This document shows, one piece after another, positions 23,833 to 34,944 of a stretch of 64,000 nucleotides of DNA (position 1 is its first letter; each line of letters opens with the position of its first letter). The DNA is from Candidatus Scalinduaceae bacterium. Lineage in GTDB: Bacteria > Planctomycetota > Brocadiia > Brocadiales > Scalinduaceae. The translations under genes and the position numbers were made by a program. The stretch covers positions 1 to 64,000 of the forward strand of contig JBHICG010000005.1 in assembly GCA_046759445.1 (NCBI GenBank). The letters are read 5' to 3'. Below the pieces are notes generated by a model. The model ran no database searches. It saw only the letters and a program-made list of their open reading frames with translations, and was not told the DNA's origin.

Positions 23833-25089
23833 TTAATTTACTAAAGCTGTATCAAAACTGTAGACAGGAAAATTCGCACATAGTTCCGCAACCTCACTTT
23901 TAATTGATCTTAAGCTTTTAATGTCTTCGTGATTGCCAAGTGCGGTATCGATCCAATTCGCAATTTGAGACATTTCAGGTTCTTTCATGCCACGTGTTGT
24001 AACTGCAGGAGTGCCTATTCTTATTCCACTTGGATCATTTGCTGTTCCTTTGTCAAAAGGTATCATGTTTCTATTAATGATAATACCCGCTTTTTCTAAA
24101 GTTTCTTGTGCTTTTCCACCAGAAATATTTTTATTTGTAAGATCTATAAGGAAAAGATGATTATCAGTACCTCCAGAGACTATCTTATAGTTCATATCCT
24201 TTAGCTCATTTGCTAGTATTTTTGCATTTTTGATAGTTTGTCTTTGACATTCTTTAAATTCCTCGGTTTTGGCTTCTTTGAATGAAACGGCCTTCGCTGC
24301 GATTACGTGCATTAATGGACCACCTTGAATACCAGGAAAAATGTTCTGATCTATCCTTGAAGCATACTTAGCTTTACAGAGTATCAATCCTCCTCTTGGA
24401 CCTCTAAGTGTTTTGTGAGTTGAAGTGGTTACAAAGTCTGCATATGGGATGGGGTCTTGATGCACCCCAGCTACAATCAATCCTGCTATATGTGCAACGT
24501 CTGCTAAAAATAGCGCACCTACTTCATCTGCGATTTCCTTAAACTTTGCAAAATCTATTTCTCTTGAATAAGCGCTTGCACCTGCTATTATAAGGTCAGG
24601 ACTATTTTTTTTTGCAATCGTCCTTAAATTCTCATAATTAATATATCCTGTCTCTTTATCTACTCCGTATGTTACTTTTTCGTATAACTGACCCGAAAAA
24701 TTTTTTTTAAAACCATGCGTAAGATGCCCACCATGTGAAAGATCCATGCTTAGTATCTTGTGTCCAGGTTCAAGTGACTTAAAATAAACTGCCATGTTTG
24801 CTTGTGAACCTGAATGTGGCTGGACATTGGCGTGTTCTGCCCCGAAAATCTCTTTTGCCCTTTCAATTGCAAGTTTTTCAACTATGTCTATTTTGTCACA
24901 TCCTGCATACCAACGTTTATCTGGATAACCCTCAGCATATTTGTTAGTCATTATTGAACCTTGCGCTTGTAATACTGCAGTGCTGCAATAATTTTCTGAA
25001 GCTATTAGTTCAAGATGATTTTGTTGCCTTTCTGTTTCTTCCTGGATTGCTTGAAATACTTCAGGGTCAAATTTTCTTAATTTATCCAT
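23833..25089 (-). CDS. glyA: Serine hydroxymethyltransferase
   Basis: LIASEN, NKYAEGYP, GGHLTHG, TSTHKTLRGPRGG. Confidence 0.98.
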   Translation of the reverse strand: MDKLRKFDPEVFQAIQEETERQQNHLELIASENYCSTAVLQAQGSIMTNKYAEGYPDKRWYAGCDKIDIVEKLAIERAKEIFGAEHANVQPHSGSQANMAVYFKSLEPGHKILSMDLSHGGHLTHGFKKNFSGQLYEKVTYGVDKETGYINYENLRTIAKKNSPDLIIAGASAYSREIDFAKFKEIADEVGALFLADVAHIAGLIVAGVHQDPIPYADFVTTSTHKTLRGPRGGLILCKAKYASRIDQNIFPGIQGGPLMHVIAAKAVSFKEAKTEEFKECQRQTIKNAKILANELKDMNYKIVSGGTDNHLFLIDLTNKNISGGKAQETLEKAGIIINRNMIPFDKGTANDPSGIRIGTPAVTTRGMKEPEMSQIANWIDTALGNHEDIKSLRSIKSEVAELCANFPVYSFDTALVN

Positions 25090-25198
25090 AAGGTAAAAAT
25101 TATATTAGTTATAAGAACCATATTAGAATTGAGGAGGAACATAATCTTCCTTGTTTTTAAAGGGTACTGGTTGAGAGCTTATAGTTGTTACTATTTTA

Positions 25199-26300
25199 TT
25201 ATTTGCTAATTTTCCATTTTAGATATGATGTTATAAAATCATCAATTTCACCATCGAGGAATGCTTGAGTTTTTGATGTTTCTTTTCCTGTTCGTAAGTC
25301 CTTGATCATAGAGTAAGGTTGGAGAACATAAGACCTAATTTGATGTCCCCATGCAATTTCTCCTTTTTCATCGTATGCATCAGCAAGCTCTTTTTCCCTA
25401 TCTTTTTCTTTTATTTGGTACAGTTTTGACTTTAACATTTTCAAGGCCATACTTTTGTTTTTGTGTTGAGACCTTTCTTTCTGGCATTGTACTACTATGC
25501 CTGTTGGTATGTGTGTAATCCTAACTGCTGATGAAGTTTTATTGACGTGTTGGCCACCTGCGCCAGAAGAACGGTAGGTATCTACTTTTAAATCTTTTTC
25601 ATTAACCTCCACTTCTATATCGGTATCTAGCTCAGGAGTTACATCTACTGCTGCAAAAGAAGTGTGCCGTCTGTTATTAGAATCGAACGGTGATATACGA
25701 ACTAAACGGTGAACGCCGACTTCTGATTTTAAATAACCATAGGCAAAATCGCCTTTAATAAATATTGTTACCCGTTTGATTCCTGCCTCTTCACCTAGTA
25801 AATGGTCTATTAATTCTATCGAATTATTATTCCGCTCTGCCCACCTATTATACATTCTTAATAGCATAGATGCCCAGTCGCATGATTCCGTTCCACCCGC
25901 ACCTGCATGTATGGTAAGGTATGCGTTTCTACAGTCATTCTTCCCACTTAACATTATTCGGAGTTCTAATTTTTCTAATCTTTGTGTAAATGACTGCAGG
26001 TCTTTTGTAATCTCTAATTCTATTTCTTTATCATGTTCATCCGCTATGAGTTCTGTCAGATCAACTATATCATCTAATGATTTCTGCAATTCCTGAAAAG
26101 GCAATGTCAATTCTTTTAATACCTTAAGACGACGTATTGTAGATTGTGCCTTTTCTTTATCATTCCAGAAACTACTATTTGATAATCGTTTTTCCAAACT
26201 CTCCAGTTCTCGTTCTTTAGAGTTCAGGTCAAAGAGAGTCCTTTAGATGAAGCAATCGATTCTTTAACGGTTTTAATTGTCTCTCCATTTCTTTAAGCAT
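25199..26300 (-). CDS. prfB: Peptide chain release factor 2 (programmed +1 frameshift)
   Basis: GGQ and SPF motifs; ATG at 26300, 23 codons, then CTT TGA C at 26234-26228 shifting into the long ORF. Confidence 0.95.
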
Positions 26301-26471
26301 TTTTAAGTCTCTTAAATAATAAAATAAAATATAGGTACGAAATTATAATTTATACAAATATTAATGTCAAATTGTTTTTAAAAACATCAGGTAGTATTAA
26401 AATATCTTGCACTCCCAAAACCCTTATGATAGATTTTTATTGATAGTAGTCTTTAAGTAGAGAGAATTGAT

Positions 26472-27092
26472 ATGCGTGTTATTTCAGGTGAAGCGAAAGG
26501 TGTAAGATTATCCGCACTTAGTAGTAAGAGGACCAGGCCAATATTAAATAGGATTAAGGAATCCTTATTTAATATATTAGGTGATTCTGTGGTGGACAGT
26601 AATGTCCTAGATCTGTTTGCAGGTACTGGGTCATTAGGAATAGAGGCACTTAGTCGTGGCGCAAAAATGTGTTTGTTTGTAGATAATGATTTCTCCTCTG
26701 TTCAGGTGATAAAGAAAAACCTTCGGGATACAAAGTTCTCAAAGAGGTCTGTAATTCTTAGGAAGGACGTTTTTGCTTTGTTTACATTCTTAACAAATAA
26801 ACATATGAATTTTGATATTATACTGGTCGCTCCTCCATATAAATTAATGGATTTAGACTGCAAGGATAGAGAAAGAATGTTTTCTCTTCTTGAAAAGTAT
26901 GCTCATAGAAAAATTGTAAACAAAAAAGGTATTATTGTTCTTCAGCACCATAAAAAACAAATGGTTAGTCAGGAAATATTCAAACAATTGAAAGTGACAG
27001 ACCAAAGATGTTATGGTAACACACAACTTACTTTTTTGAGAATAAATTTAGTTCAAAACAACAAAGAGAAAGAATCTTTTGAAAGTCGATAA
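26472..27092 (+). CDS. rsmD: 16S rRNA m2G966 methyltransferase
   Basis: MRVISGEAKG, KESLFNIL, LDLFAGTGSLGIEALSRGA, APPY. Confidence 0.93.
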   Translation: MRVISGEAKGVRLSALSSKRTRPILNRIKESLFNILGDSVVDSNVLDLFAGTGSLGIEALSRGAKMCLFVDNDFSSVQVIKKNLRDTKFSKRSVILRKDVFALFTFLTNKHMNFDIILVAPPYKLMDLDCKDRERMFSLLEKYAHRKIVNKKGIIVLQHHKKQMVSQEIFKQLKVTDQRCYGNTQLTFLRINLVQNNKEKESFESR

Positions 27093-27185
27093 GTATAATA
27101 GAGTATGCATTATGGAAATTGGTTGGAACGTTAATAGATTGTGAGATTGCCATAAAAATATTTTGATTACTGAATTTTATTTGCG

Positions 27186-28079
27186 ATGAAAGATAATCAG
27201 AGAAACAGTGTAATAAGCGTTAAGGCTCATGCCAAGATAAATCTATTTTTAGAGATTTTGGGCAAAAGAAATGACGGCTATCACGAAATTGAAACAGTAA
27301 TACAAGAAATTAATATTGCAGATTATCTTTGGTTTAAAGAAGTCGAAAAGGGCATAAAGCTCAAATGTGAAGATAAGAGTATTCCCTTAAATGAGGACAA
27401 TCTCGTATATAAAGCTGCAGACCTTATTTTAAGGGAGTGTGGTATTAAAAGAGGTGTGTTAATATGTTTAGAAAAAAAGATACCAGTATGTGCTGGTTTA
27501 GGTGGTGGAAGTAGTGATGCTGCAGCTACGCTTAAAGCATTGAACATGTTGTGGGAAATAGATCTTAATGATGTAGAGCTGATGGAGTTAGCTGCAGAAT
27601 TAGGTTCAGATGTCTCTTTCTTTATAAAAGGTAAAACTGCATTATGTGAGGGGAGGGGAGAGAAGGTATATCCTATCGAAATAAAGAGTAAATTGTACTA
27701 TCTTGTTATTTTTCCAAATATAAGAATTAGCACAACGAAGATTTATAAAAACCTGAAAATTGGCTTGACAAAAAATAGAAAAGATGTTAATTTTTTTCTA
27801 AATGCACTAGGAGATTGCGGCGCCGAAAAATTAGGTAGCATGTTATTTAATCGTTTGGAAAAAACTATATTTAGGTTATATCCTGATATGTTTAAATTTA
27901 AAAATTCTCTAAAATGTTTTAGTTTTTGTGGTTTGTTGATTTCTGGCAGTGGATCGTCTATTTTTGGTTTGTGTTACAATAGAAACCAAGCAGAAGTGAT
28001 TAAGAATAAAATTGAACAAAGTGGTATTGGTAAGGTATTTGTGACTACAAATGCGGAAGTACCACAGACAACAAGTTAG
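27186..28079 (+). CDS. ispE: 4-(cytidine 5'-diphospho)-2-C-methyl-D-erythritol kinase
   Basis: [29 protein letters not shown]. Confidence 0.95.
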   Translation: MKDNQRNSVISVKAHAKINLFLEILGKRNDGYHEIETVIQEINIADYLWFKEVEKGIKLKCEDKSIPLNEDNLVYKAADLILRECGIKRGVLICLEKKIPVCAGLGGGSSDAAATLKALNMLWEIDLNDVELMELAAELGSDVSFFIKGKTALCEGRGEKVYPIEIKSKLYYLVIFPNIRISTTKIYKNLKIGLTKNRKDVNFFLNALGDCGAEKLGSMLFNRLEKTIFRLYPDMFKFKNSLKCFSFCGLLISGSGSSIFGLCYNRNQAEVIKNKIEQSGIGKVFVTTNAEVPQTTS

Positions 28080-28102
28080 GCAGAAAGGGAGGGTGTATTA
28101 CT

Positions 28103-28582
28103 GTGAACATTACTGAGGTTAGAGTAAAGCTAACAGAGGCAAAGAAGAACCGTTTACACGCATTTTGTAGTATTACTATAGATAATGATTTTGTTGTAAG
28201 AGATTTGAAGATTATTGAAGGGTATAAAGGGGCTTTTGTTGCTATGCCAAGCAGAAAACTTACCGATAAGTGCCCAAAATGTGGTTGTAAAAACCACCTC
28301 AATGCACAATTTTGTAATGATTGTGGTACTAAACTTGATGAAAAACGTGCAATGGTGGAATCCAAAGGGAAATTTAAATTATATGCTGATACGGCCCATC
28401 CCATAAACTCAAAATGCCGTGATGAGATAGAAAAAAGGGTGCTTACAGCATATGAAGAAGAAGTTGTTAAGTCCAAACAACCAGGATATAAACATCCTGA
28501 TTTGGATGAACACGACATTAATGATTACGAAGTAAAAGATGATGGAGTTGGAAAAAGCCAATTTGGAGAAGAACATTCCTAA
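28103..28582 (+). CDS. spoVG: SpoVG family protein with Zn-ribbon insertion
   Basis: [22 protein letters not shown]; inserted CPKC...CNDC. Confidence 0.9.
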   Translation: MNITEVRVKLTEAKKNRLHAFCSITIDNDFVVRDLKIIEGYKGAFVAMPSRKLTDKCPKCGCKNHLNAQFCNDCGTKLDEKRAMVESKGKFKLYADTAHPINSKCRDEIEKRVLTAYEEEVVKSKQPGYKHPDLDEHDINDYEVKDDGVGKSQFGEEHS

Positions 28583-28630
28583 AAAATATGTAGACATTCC
28601 CATAATCATTTCAAATGACCGATCTAGAAG

Positions 28631-28659
28631 TTGACATATCCTAAGTCACACGATATACT
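28631..28659 (+). promoter_or_regulatory. Sigma70 promoter upstream of ilvB
   Basis: TTGACA-17 nt-TATACT. Confidence 0.7.
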
Positions 28660-28973
28660 CATTGTTAAATAATTATTAAGAACATAAACTATCTGAGTAC
28701 CCAATATTTCGTTGGCTGGAACCGTGTATGTCTTTGGTTTATTGCTAGTTGTTTTAAGAAAGGTTTGACATTCACTCTCATTAGTATTCATAATTAAAGA
28801 TGAGAGATATGTTCGCTAGTTTGACACAGTTATTGAGTGGTTTAAGCTAACCTATTAGCAGGTAACTGTCAAGCCTCTAGATTGTGTTAATTTCAAGAAG
28901 ATTTGATAAAATAGTTGGACATTAAAATACATAACTTAATTTAGGTTTTAATAAACCATATCAATTTGAAAAG

Positions 28974-30647
28974 ATGTCTAGAACAGGTTCACAAATTTTA
29001 ATTGATGTATTAAAGAGAGAGAATGTGGAATATATTTTTGGTATTCCAGGTGGTGCCGTTATACCACTTTTTGATGCCCTGTTTGAATCTGACTTAAAAT
29101 TTATATTGACGCGTCATGAGCAAGCGGCAGGTCATGCGGCTGATGGTTATGCTCGAGCTACAGGGAAAGTGGGTGTCTGTATTGTTACATCAGGGCCTGG
29201 TGCAACTAATTTAACAACCGCTATTGCTACAGCGAATATGGACTCCATACCAATGGTCGCTATAACAGGTCAGGTTAAAAAGCAACTGATAGGCAATGAT
29301 GCGTTCCAGGAGGCTGATATAACTGGTATAACACGTCCCATAACAAAGCACAATTATCTGATAAAAGATATAAGAGACTTAGCTAAAGTGGTTAAAGAGG
29401 CGTTTTATATTGCTTCAACTGGTAGGCCGGGTCCTGTAGTTATTGATTTGCCCGTTGATGTAACAACAGATATATGGAATGGGGATATTCCTGATAAGGT
29501 AAATCTACCTGGGTACAAGCCGGTATACGAAGGCAATATGCGACAAATAAAAATAGCGGCAGAGGCAATAAACAGTTCAAAAAGACCAGTAGTTTATGCT
29601 GGTGGCGGAGTTATAACATCGAATGGTTCGAGAGAACTAATCGAATTTGCGGAAAAGGCAAATATACCCGTAAATACCACGCTTCTGGCACTGGGAGCTT
29701 TTCCTGAAGATAGGGAACTATCGTTAGGAATGTTAGGGATGCATGGGACGGCTTATGCTAATTTTGCAGTTCATGAATCAGATTTGTTAATTGCTATAGG
29801 AGCAAGATTTGATGATAGAATAACTGGCAAGATTGATGAGTTTGCTCCTCATGCAAGGATTATTCATATAGATATAGACCCGACTTCTATAAGTAAGAAT
29901 ATTAGGGTTGATATCCCGGTTGTTGGTGACGCTAAAAACATTTTAACCGAATTGATCAAACACGTTAATTATGTAGAGCGAAAAGAATGGTTTGAAAAGA
30001 TATCTGGATGGAAAAAAGAGTACCCTTTGTCTTTTAATAACGCATGTGATGAAATTAAGCCTCAATATGTAGTTGAACAAATTTGCCGGGCTACTAAAGA
30101 CAAGGCAATAATTACAACTGAAGTTGGCCAGAACCAGATGTGGGCAGCTCAATTTTACACTTATACAAAACCCAGAAGTTTTATATCGTCTGGTGGTTTG
30201 GGTACTATGGGGTATGGTTTCCCTGCGGCAATTGGCGCACAACTTGGATGCCCAGATAAAATAGTCATTGATATTGCAGGTGACGGCAGTTTTCAGATGA
30301 ATATTCAAGAGTTAAGTACTGCCGTTAATTATAATCTTCCTGTAAAAGTTGCTATTCTCAATAATGGTTTCCTTGGAATGGTCAGACAGTGGCAGGAGTT
30401 ATTTTATGATAAAAGGTATTCTCATACTCGCCTGGTTGGTAGCCCTGATTTTGTACAGGTAGCTAAAGGATATGGCGCAACTGGTTTTCTAGTTGAAAAA
30501 AAAGAAGATGTTAAACCTGTAATTGAACAATCAATTTCTGTCAAGGGTCCTGTTGTAATTGATTTTAGAGTATCGCCTGAAGAAAATGTATTTCCGATGA
30601 TTCCAGCAGGTCGCGCCGTTCATGAGATGATAGGTGGAATGGCATAA
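28974..30647 (+). CDS. ilvB: Acetolactate synthase large subunit
   Basis: [31 protein letters not shown]. Confidence 0.96.
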   Translation: MSRTGSQILIDVLKRENVEYIFGIPGGAVIPLFDALFESDLKFILTRHEQAAGHAADGYARATGKVGVCIVTSGPGATNLTTAIATANMDSIPMVAITGQVKKQLIGNDAFQEADITGITRPITKHNYLIKDIRDLAKVVKEAFYIASTGRPGPVVIDLPVDVTTDIWNGDIPDKVNLPGYKPVYEGNMRQIKIAAEAINSSKRPVVYAGGGVITSNGSRELIEFAEKANIPVNTTLLALGAFPEDRELSLGMLGMHGTAYANFAVHESDLLIAIGARFDDRITGKIDEFAPHARIIHIDIDPTSISKNIRVDIPVVGDAKNILTELIKHVNYVERKEWFEKISGWKKEYPLSFNNACDEIKPQYVVEQICRATKDKAIITTEVGQNQMWAAQFYTYTKPRSFISSGGLGTMGYGFPAAIGAQLGCPDKIVIDIAGDGSFQMNIQELSTAVNYNLPVKVAILNNGFLGMVRQWQELFYDKRYSHTRLVGSPDFVQVAKGYGATGFLVEKKEDVKPVIEQSISVKGPVVIDFRVSPEENVFPMIPAGRAVHEMIGGMA

Positions 30648-30768
30648 TTGCTTATAGGCCTTCTTATTTTAGAAAATCCACTATTCAAATAATCTGCACT
30701 CCAAATACGTCAAGCCTTAAACAAAAAATTATTTTTTTTTTTGATTCTCCACTATTAAGGATTACAAA

Positions 30769-31503
30769 GTGAGTGTGAATCGATTTTATGCTTCATTTCA
30801 CGATGGATCGAAAGACGTATGGATGGACAGCTCAGAGACACATCATATGGTAAATGTTAAGAGGTTGAAGGTTGGTGATAGAGTTATTTTGTTTAATGGC
30901 AGGGGGGATGAATGTGACGCCGAGATTGTTAAAACAATAAGAAACAAAGTTAAAGTAAAAATTAGTCAAATCAAAACAGTCAGTAGAGAAAGTAATGTCA
31001 GAATAGATATAGCATTTGCAATTCCTAAAGGGAAACGTTCTCATTTCCTGATTCAGAAATGTGCTGAATTGGGAGTTCACAAGTTAATTCCCTTACATTA
31101 TGAACGTAGTGTGGTAAAGCTCAAAACTGGGTGTTCTGAAAAGATTGAAAAGTGGAGGAGTATTGCTATCGAAGCATCAAAACAATGTGGTCGTAGCATA
31201 GTAACAGAGATCAGCGATGTTATGGATTTCCGAAATATCCTCAAGAGTGTGGAAAAATACGATCTTTCCCTTTTTGCTTGTAGACAATCCGTCTCTAATA
31301 ATTTAAAAAATGTATTGCAAGAACATCAAAAAGAAAATAATATAATCAGCTTTGTAGGGCCGGAAGGAGGATTTACTTCAAGGGAGATAGAAATGGCAAA
31401 GGAAGCCCGGTGTAAATTTGTTAGTTTAGGCAAACAGATCCTTCGAGTGGAAACGGCCGTAATAGCCATTTCTGCAATTCTTTCTTACCATTATTCAGAT
31501 TAG
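30769..31503 (+). CDS. rsmE: 16S rRNA m3U1498 methyltransferase
   Basis: HHMVNVKRL, QKCAELG, EASKQCGR, VGPEGGF, LRVETA. Confidence 0.94.
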   Translation: MSVNRFYASFHDGSKDVWMDSSETHHMVNVKRLKVGDRVILFNGRGDECDAEIVKTIRNKVKVKISQIKTVSRESNVRIDIAFAIPKGKRSHFLIQKCAELGVHKLIPLHYERSVVKLKTGCSEKIEKWRSIAIEASKQCGRSIVTEISDVMDFRNILKSVEKYDLSLFACRQSVSNNLKNVLQEHQKENNIISFVGPEGGFTSREIEMAKEARCKFVSLGKQILRVETAVIAISAILSYHYSD

Positions 31504-31530
31504 GTTTATTAATTGTATGGAAGGTTGTCT

Positions 31531-32607
31531 ATGTTATACGTTGTAATTATGGCTGGTGGTTCTGGCACAAGGTTTTGGCCATGGAGCCGTGAGAAAACAC
31601 CAAAACAACTTTTAAAGATTACGGGCAAGGATACTATGATTAAGCAGACGGTTGATCGTATTGTTACTGAAATTCCTCCTGATAATATTTATGTTGTAAC
31701 AACCTCTTTTCAGGCTGACAGTATTAAAAAAGAACTGTCACAGATACCAGCAAAGAACATTTTATCAGAGCCATTTGGCAGAAACACGGCTGCATGTATT
31801 GGCCTTGCCGCAACCATAATTTCCAAAAAAGACGCTGATGCCGTTATGGCTGTGATGACGGCCGACCACGTAATCGAACCTTCTGACATTTACTTAAACA
31901 CATTACGGTGTGCAGAAAGGCTTGCCTCTAACGCGAAGGTTTTGATTACTTTTGGAATCAAACCTAAGGAACCATCTGTAAATTATGGTTATATTCAGAG
32001 GAGTGAAGAGGGGATTGATTTTGATGGTTTCCTGGTTTACGATGCAAAATGTTTCTTGGAAAAACCAGATCGTACTACAGCAGGGCGCCTTGTAGAAAGT
32101 GGGAATTATTACTGGAATAGCGGTATTTTCGTTTGGTCTGTAAGTACGATACTGGAAAACATAAAGACTTTTATGCCCGAATTGGCGCTAGGTTTAGCCA
32201 GAATTAAGAAATCAATTGATACACCTTATGAGTCAAGGGTTATACATAATGAATACAAACAGTTTGAAAATGTATCAATAGATTATGGAGTGATGGAAAA
32301 GGCTTCAAATGTAAAGATAATTGAAGCAAATTTTATGTGGGATGATGTTGGTTCCTGGCTTGCTGTGGAAAGATTGAACAAATCAGATCAAAACAATAAT
32401 ACAATATTGGGTAAGCATTGCGGGATTAATACACACGGGAGCATTATAGTCGGAGACGACGAACGCTTGATAACGACTATAAATGTATCTGATATTATTG
32501 TCGTAAGTACAAAAGACGTAACCATGGTTTGTAACAAAAACAATGCTGAAGATATTAAAAAATTGATTAGTGTTTTAAAAGAAAAAGGGTATAACGGTTA
32601 TCTATAG
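31531..32607 (+). CDS. manC: Mannose-1-phosphate guanylyltransferase
   Basis: IMAGGSGTRFWPWSR, PKQ, EPFGRNTA, WNSGIF, SIDYGVME, WDDVGSW. Confidence 0.92.
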   Translation: MLYVVIMAGGSGTRFWPWSREKTPKQLLKITGKDTMIKQTVDRIVTEIPPDNIYVVTTSFQADSIKKELSQIPAKNILSEPFGRNTAACIGLAATIISKKDADAVMAVMTADHVIEPSDIYLNTLRCAERLASNAKVLITFGIKPKEPSVNYGYIQRSEEGIDFDGFLVYDAKCFLEKPDRTTAGRLVESGNYYWNSGIFVWSVSTILENIKTFMPELALGLARIKKSIDTPYESRVIHNEYKQFENVSIDYGVMEKASNVKIIEANFMWDDVGSWLAVERLNKSDQNNNTILGKHCGINTHGSIIVGDDERLITTINVSDIIVVSTKDVTMVCNKNNAEDIKKLISVLKEKGYNGYL

Positions 32608-32802
32608 TATTTAATCCGAAAATAGATTTCCGATCAGACTAGCCCTTTGGACTGGGGTTGTGGTGTGATTTTACTTACTTGTCCGAAGGAAAGGCATAAT
32701 AAACTAAGCAATTCCCTTGTTGTGGGATTGCCAATGACTAATTTGTTGTATTATCTGTCATACCCGTGGCATGTTCGCATGACAAGCAGACAGACAATTT
32801 AA

Positions 32803-32820
32803 CCCTGACTTTCGTCAGGG
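32803..32820. promoter_or_regulatory. CRP/FNR-family-like palindromic box
   Basis: CCCTGAC-TTTC-GTCAGGG perfect palindrome about 115 bp upstream of the NnrS-like gene. Confidence 0.55.
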
Positions 32821-32935
32821 CATATTTTCATACATTCGTGTTGCCACATAGTGACATGAAGGTTTGCTTTGTAAAACTTTTTTTTGTAAGTTTTTTATTC
32901 ATATCTAAGAGAGGAGGTTGAAATTACAAGGAGCT

Positions 32936-34669
32936 ATGGAAATTAACAGAAATACAATAATTAAAGATCTGGTAAAGGAACACCCGGAAACCCTTTCTGT
33001 CTTCAAAAAATACAATTTGGTTATTGCTGGAGGTGTAAGAGGTCCTAATGAACCACTGGCTTTTTTCTCAAAAGCTCATGAGGTAGACTACGACGAAATA
33101 GCTAAAGAATTGAAAGAGGTTGTTGAGAAGGGAGGAGATGGCAGCGCTGAGACGATAGTCTTAGAAGAAGATAAGGTTTATGAAAGATTTGTAAAAACAG
33201 CTATTTTAATGACATTAACAGTGGGTGTTACATTCGGAGCAGCAATATTGACATATATTAGTGCAAAAGAAGATTTTCGGTCTGTATTGCACTCAATCGT
33301 TCAGGCACATGGACACGCTCAATTGTTTGGCTGGGTAGGTCTTTGCATCATTGGTTTTGCATATTATATTGTGCCGAGGATTAAGAACGTAGAGCTTAGA
33401 TATCGTGATTTAACAGTTACGAGCTTCTGGTTGATGGTGGTGGGGAATATTTTAAGGATATTTGCTCAGCCGTTTTCCAACGAGATGACAAATGTTATCC
33501 TGCCCATTTCAGGGTTATTAGAATTTGCCGCTGTTGCTACATTTGCATACATTATATTTAGTACAGTCCTCGCAAGTGAGGAAAAGAAGAAAGTATACGA
33601 TAAGTTTATCAAAGCGGGAGTAATATGGTTTTTAATCTGTAGTATTATAAACTTATTTATGGATATGTATTTGTTTTTCACAAGTACGCATGAGATACCA
33701 AGAACATTTTACAGTCCTTTTGTGCATATGTTTTTCCTTGGTTTTGTTTTCATGTTTATATTTGGCGTAAATATTAGAACCGTATATGCCTTCCTTGATG
33801 TCAGGACAGTTAGGACTTCCGCTGTGAATACAACATTCTGGCTTTTAAATTTGACTATACCTGTGTATTTTATTGCGAATTCTTTAAATTACCAATCTCC
33901 TTTTTTGCTGGGAGTTTCGTATTTTACAATTTATTTGGTTGCATTCAGTCTTTTGCTATTCGTTTATGGTGTTAGAGTATTTGAAAGATCAACCAGGGAA
34001 CTCGAAGATGTTGTTATGGATAGAAGCTATGCAAAGACTATCAGGGCCGCTTATATATGGTTGATTGTTGGTGTCCTTATACTTGGGGCTAAAACTTTTT
34101 TAAAGGCATTTTCAAAAGAGCAATATTTGCTTCATGGAGCTGCTAATCACGCCCTTGCTGTTGGATTTGTCACAATGATGATTATAGGGTATGCCTCAAA
34201 AATGGTTCCAACATTTAAGGGGATTAATATGTATAGTATTAGACTCTCAGACATAACCTTTGTTCTCATAAATCTGGGTTGTTTTCTAAGAGTTTTTAGC
34301 CAAATAATGATTGGATTATCGGGAGATTTTTATTATTCCCTGATTGGATTTTCTGGTTGGATCGAACTTGCAGCAATCGGGTTATTTGGATACAACATAT
34401 GGAAGACAATGAATACAGTGGAAGAGGATATTGAAAAACCAAAGGAAAAATTAAGTGAAATAACAAAAGACACAAATGTATACGATGTAGTTAATCAATA
34501 TCCTGAAACATTAGATGTATTTTTGGAGTACGGGTTTAAGCAACTTAGCAATCCTGTTGCAAGGAAAACAGTTGCCAAGATGTTTACGATTCAACAAGCG
34601 ACGAAAATACACCCGGTGGAAATAGATAGTCTTCTTAAGGCCCTAAACGATAAGATTACAAAAGCTTGA
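32936..34669 (+). CDS. NnrS-like polytopic membrane protein with N- and C-terminal DUF1858/ScdA-N-like domains
   Basis: QAHGHAQLFGW and HALAVGF motifs, about 11-12 TM helices; terminal domains DLVKEHPETLSVFKKY and DVVNQYPETLDVFLEYGF. Confidence 0.7.
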   Translation: MEINRNTIIKDLVKEHPETLSVFKKYNLVIAGGVRGPNEPLAFFSKAHEVDYDEIAKELKEVVEKGGDGSAETIVLEEDKVYERFVKTAILMTLTVGVTFGAAILTYISAKEDFRSVLHSIVQAHGHAQLFGWVGLCIIGFAYYIVPRIKNVELRYRDLTVTSFWLMVVGNILRIFAQPFSNEMTNVILPISGLLEFAAVATFAYIIFSTVLASEEKKKVYDKFIKAGVIWFLICSIINLFMDMYLFFTSTHEIPRTFYSPFVHMFFLGFVFMFIFGVNIRTVYAFLDVRTVRTSAVNTTFWLLNLTIPVYFIANSLNYQSPFLLGVSYFTIYLVAFSLLLFVYGVRVFERSTRELEDVVMDRSYAKTIRAAYIWLIVGVLILGAKTFLKAFSKEQYLLHGAANHALAVGFVTMMIIGYASKMVPTFKGINMYSIRLSDITFVLINLGCFLRVFSQIMIGLSGDFYYSLIGFSGWIELAAIGLFGYNIWKTMNTVEEDIEKPKEKLSEITKDTNVYDVVNQYPETLDVFLEYGFKQLSNPVARKTVAKMFTIQQATKIHPVEIDSLLKALNDKITKA

Positions 34670-34687
34670 ATACTAATGGAGTAAACG

Positions 34688-34713
34688 GCTGTTCCACCTA
34701 ATAGTGGAACAGC
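34688..34713 (+). terminator. Hairpin terminator
   Basis: GCTGTTCCAC-CTAATA-GTGGAACAGC after the stop codon. Confidence 0.7.
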
Positions 34714-34944
34714 TAAGGTGTTTTTATTCCCCTGTTATGTTAAGCGTGGTTAAGATGTGCTGAAGTGTGTGCTTGTTTTTTTAAAAGGAATTTTCCAAAG
34801 TGCAATTTGTGACATCTGATAGTATAATTGAATATTGTTCATTTAACTCTGTTCATTAATTGCAGTATAATAGGGCTGTAAAATCCAATTGAAATCCACG
34901 TGATATTGAGTAATTACAGATTTTCGATTGACCAAATATACGTT

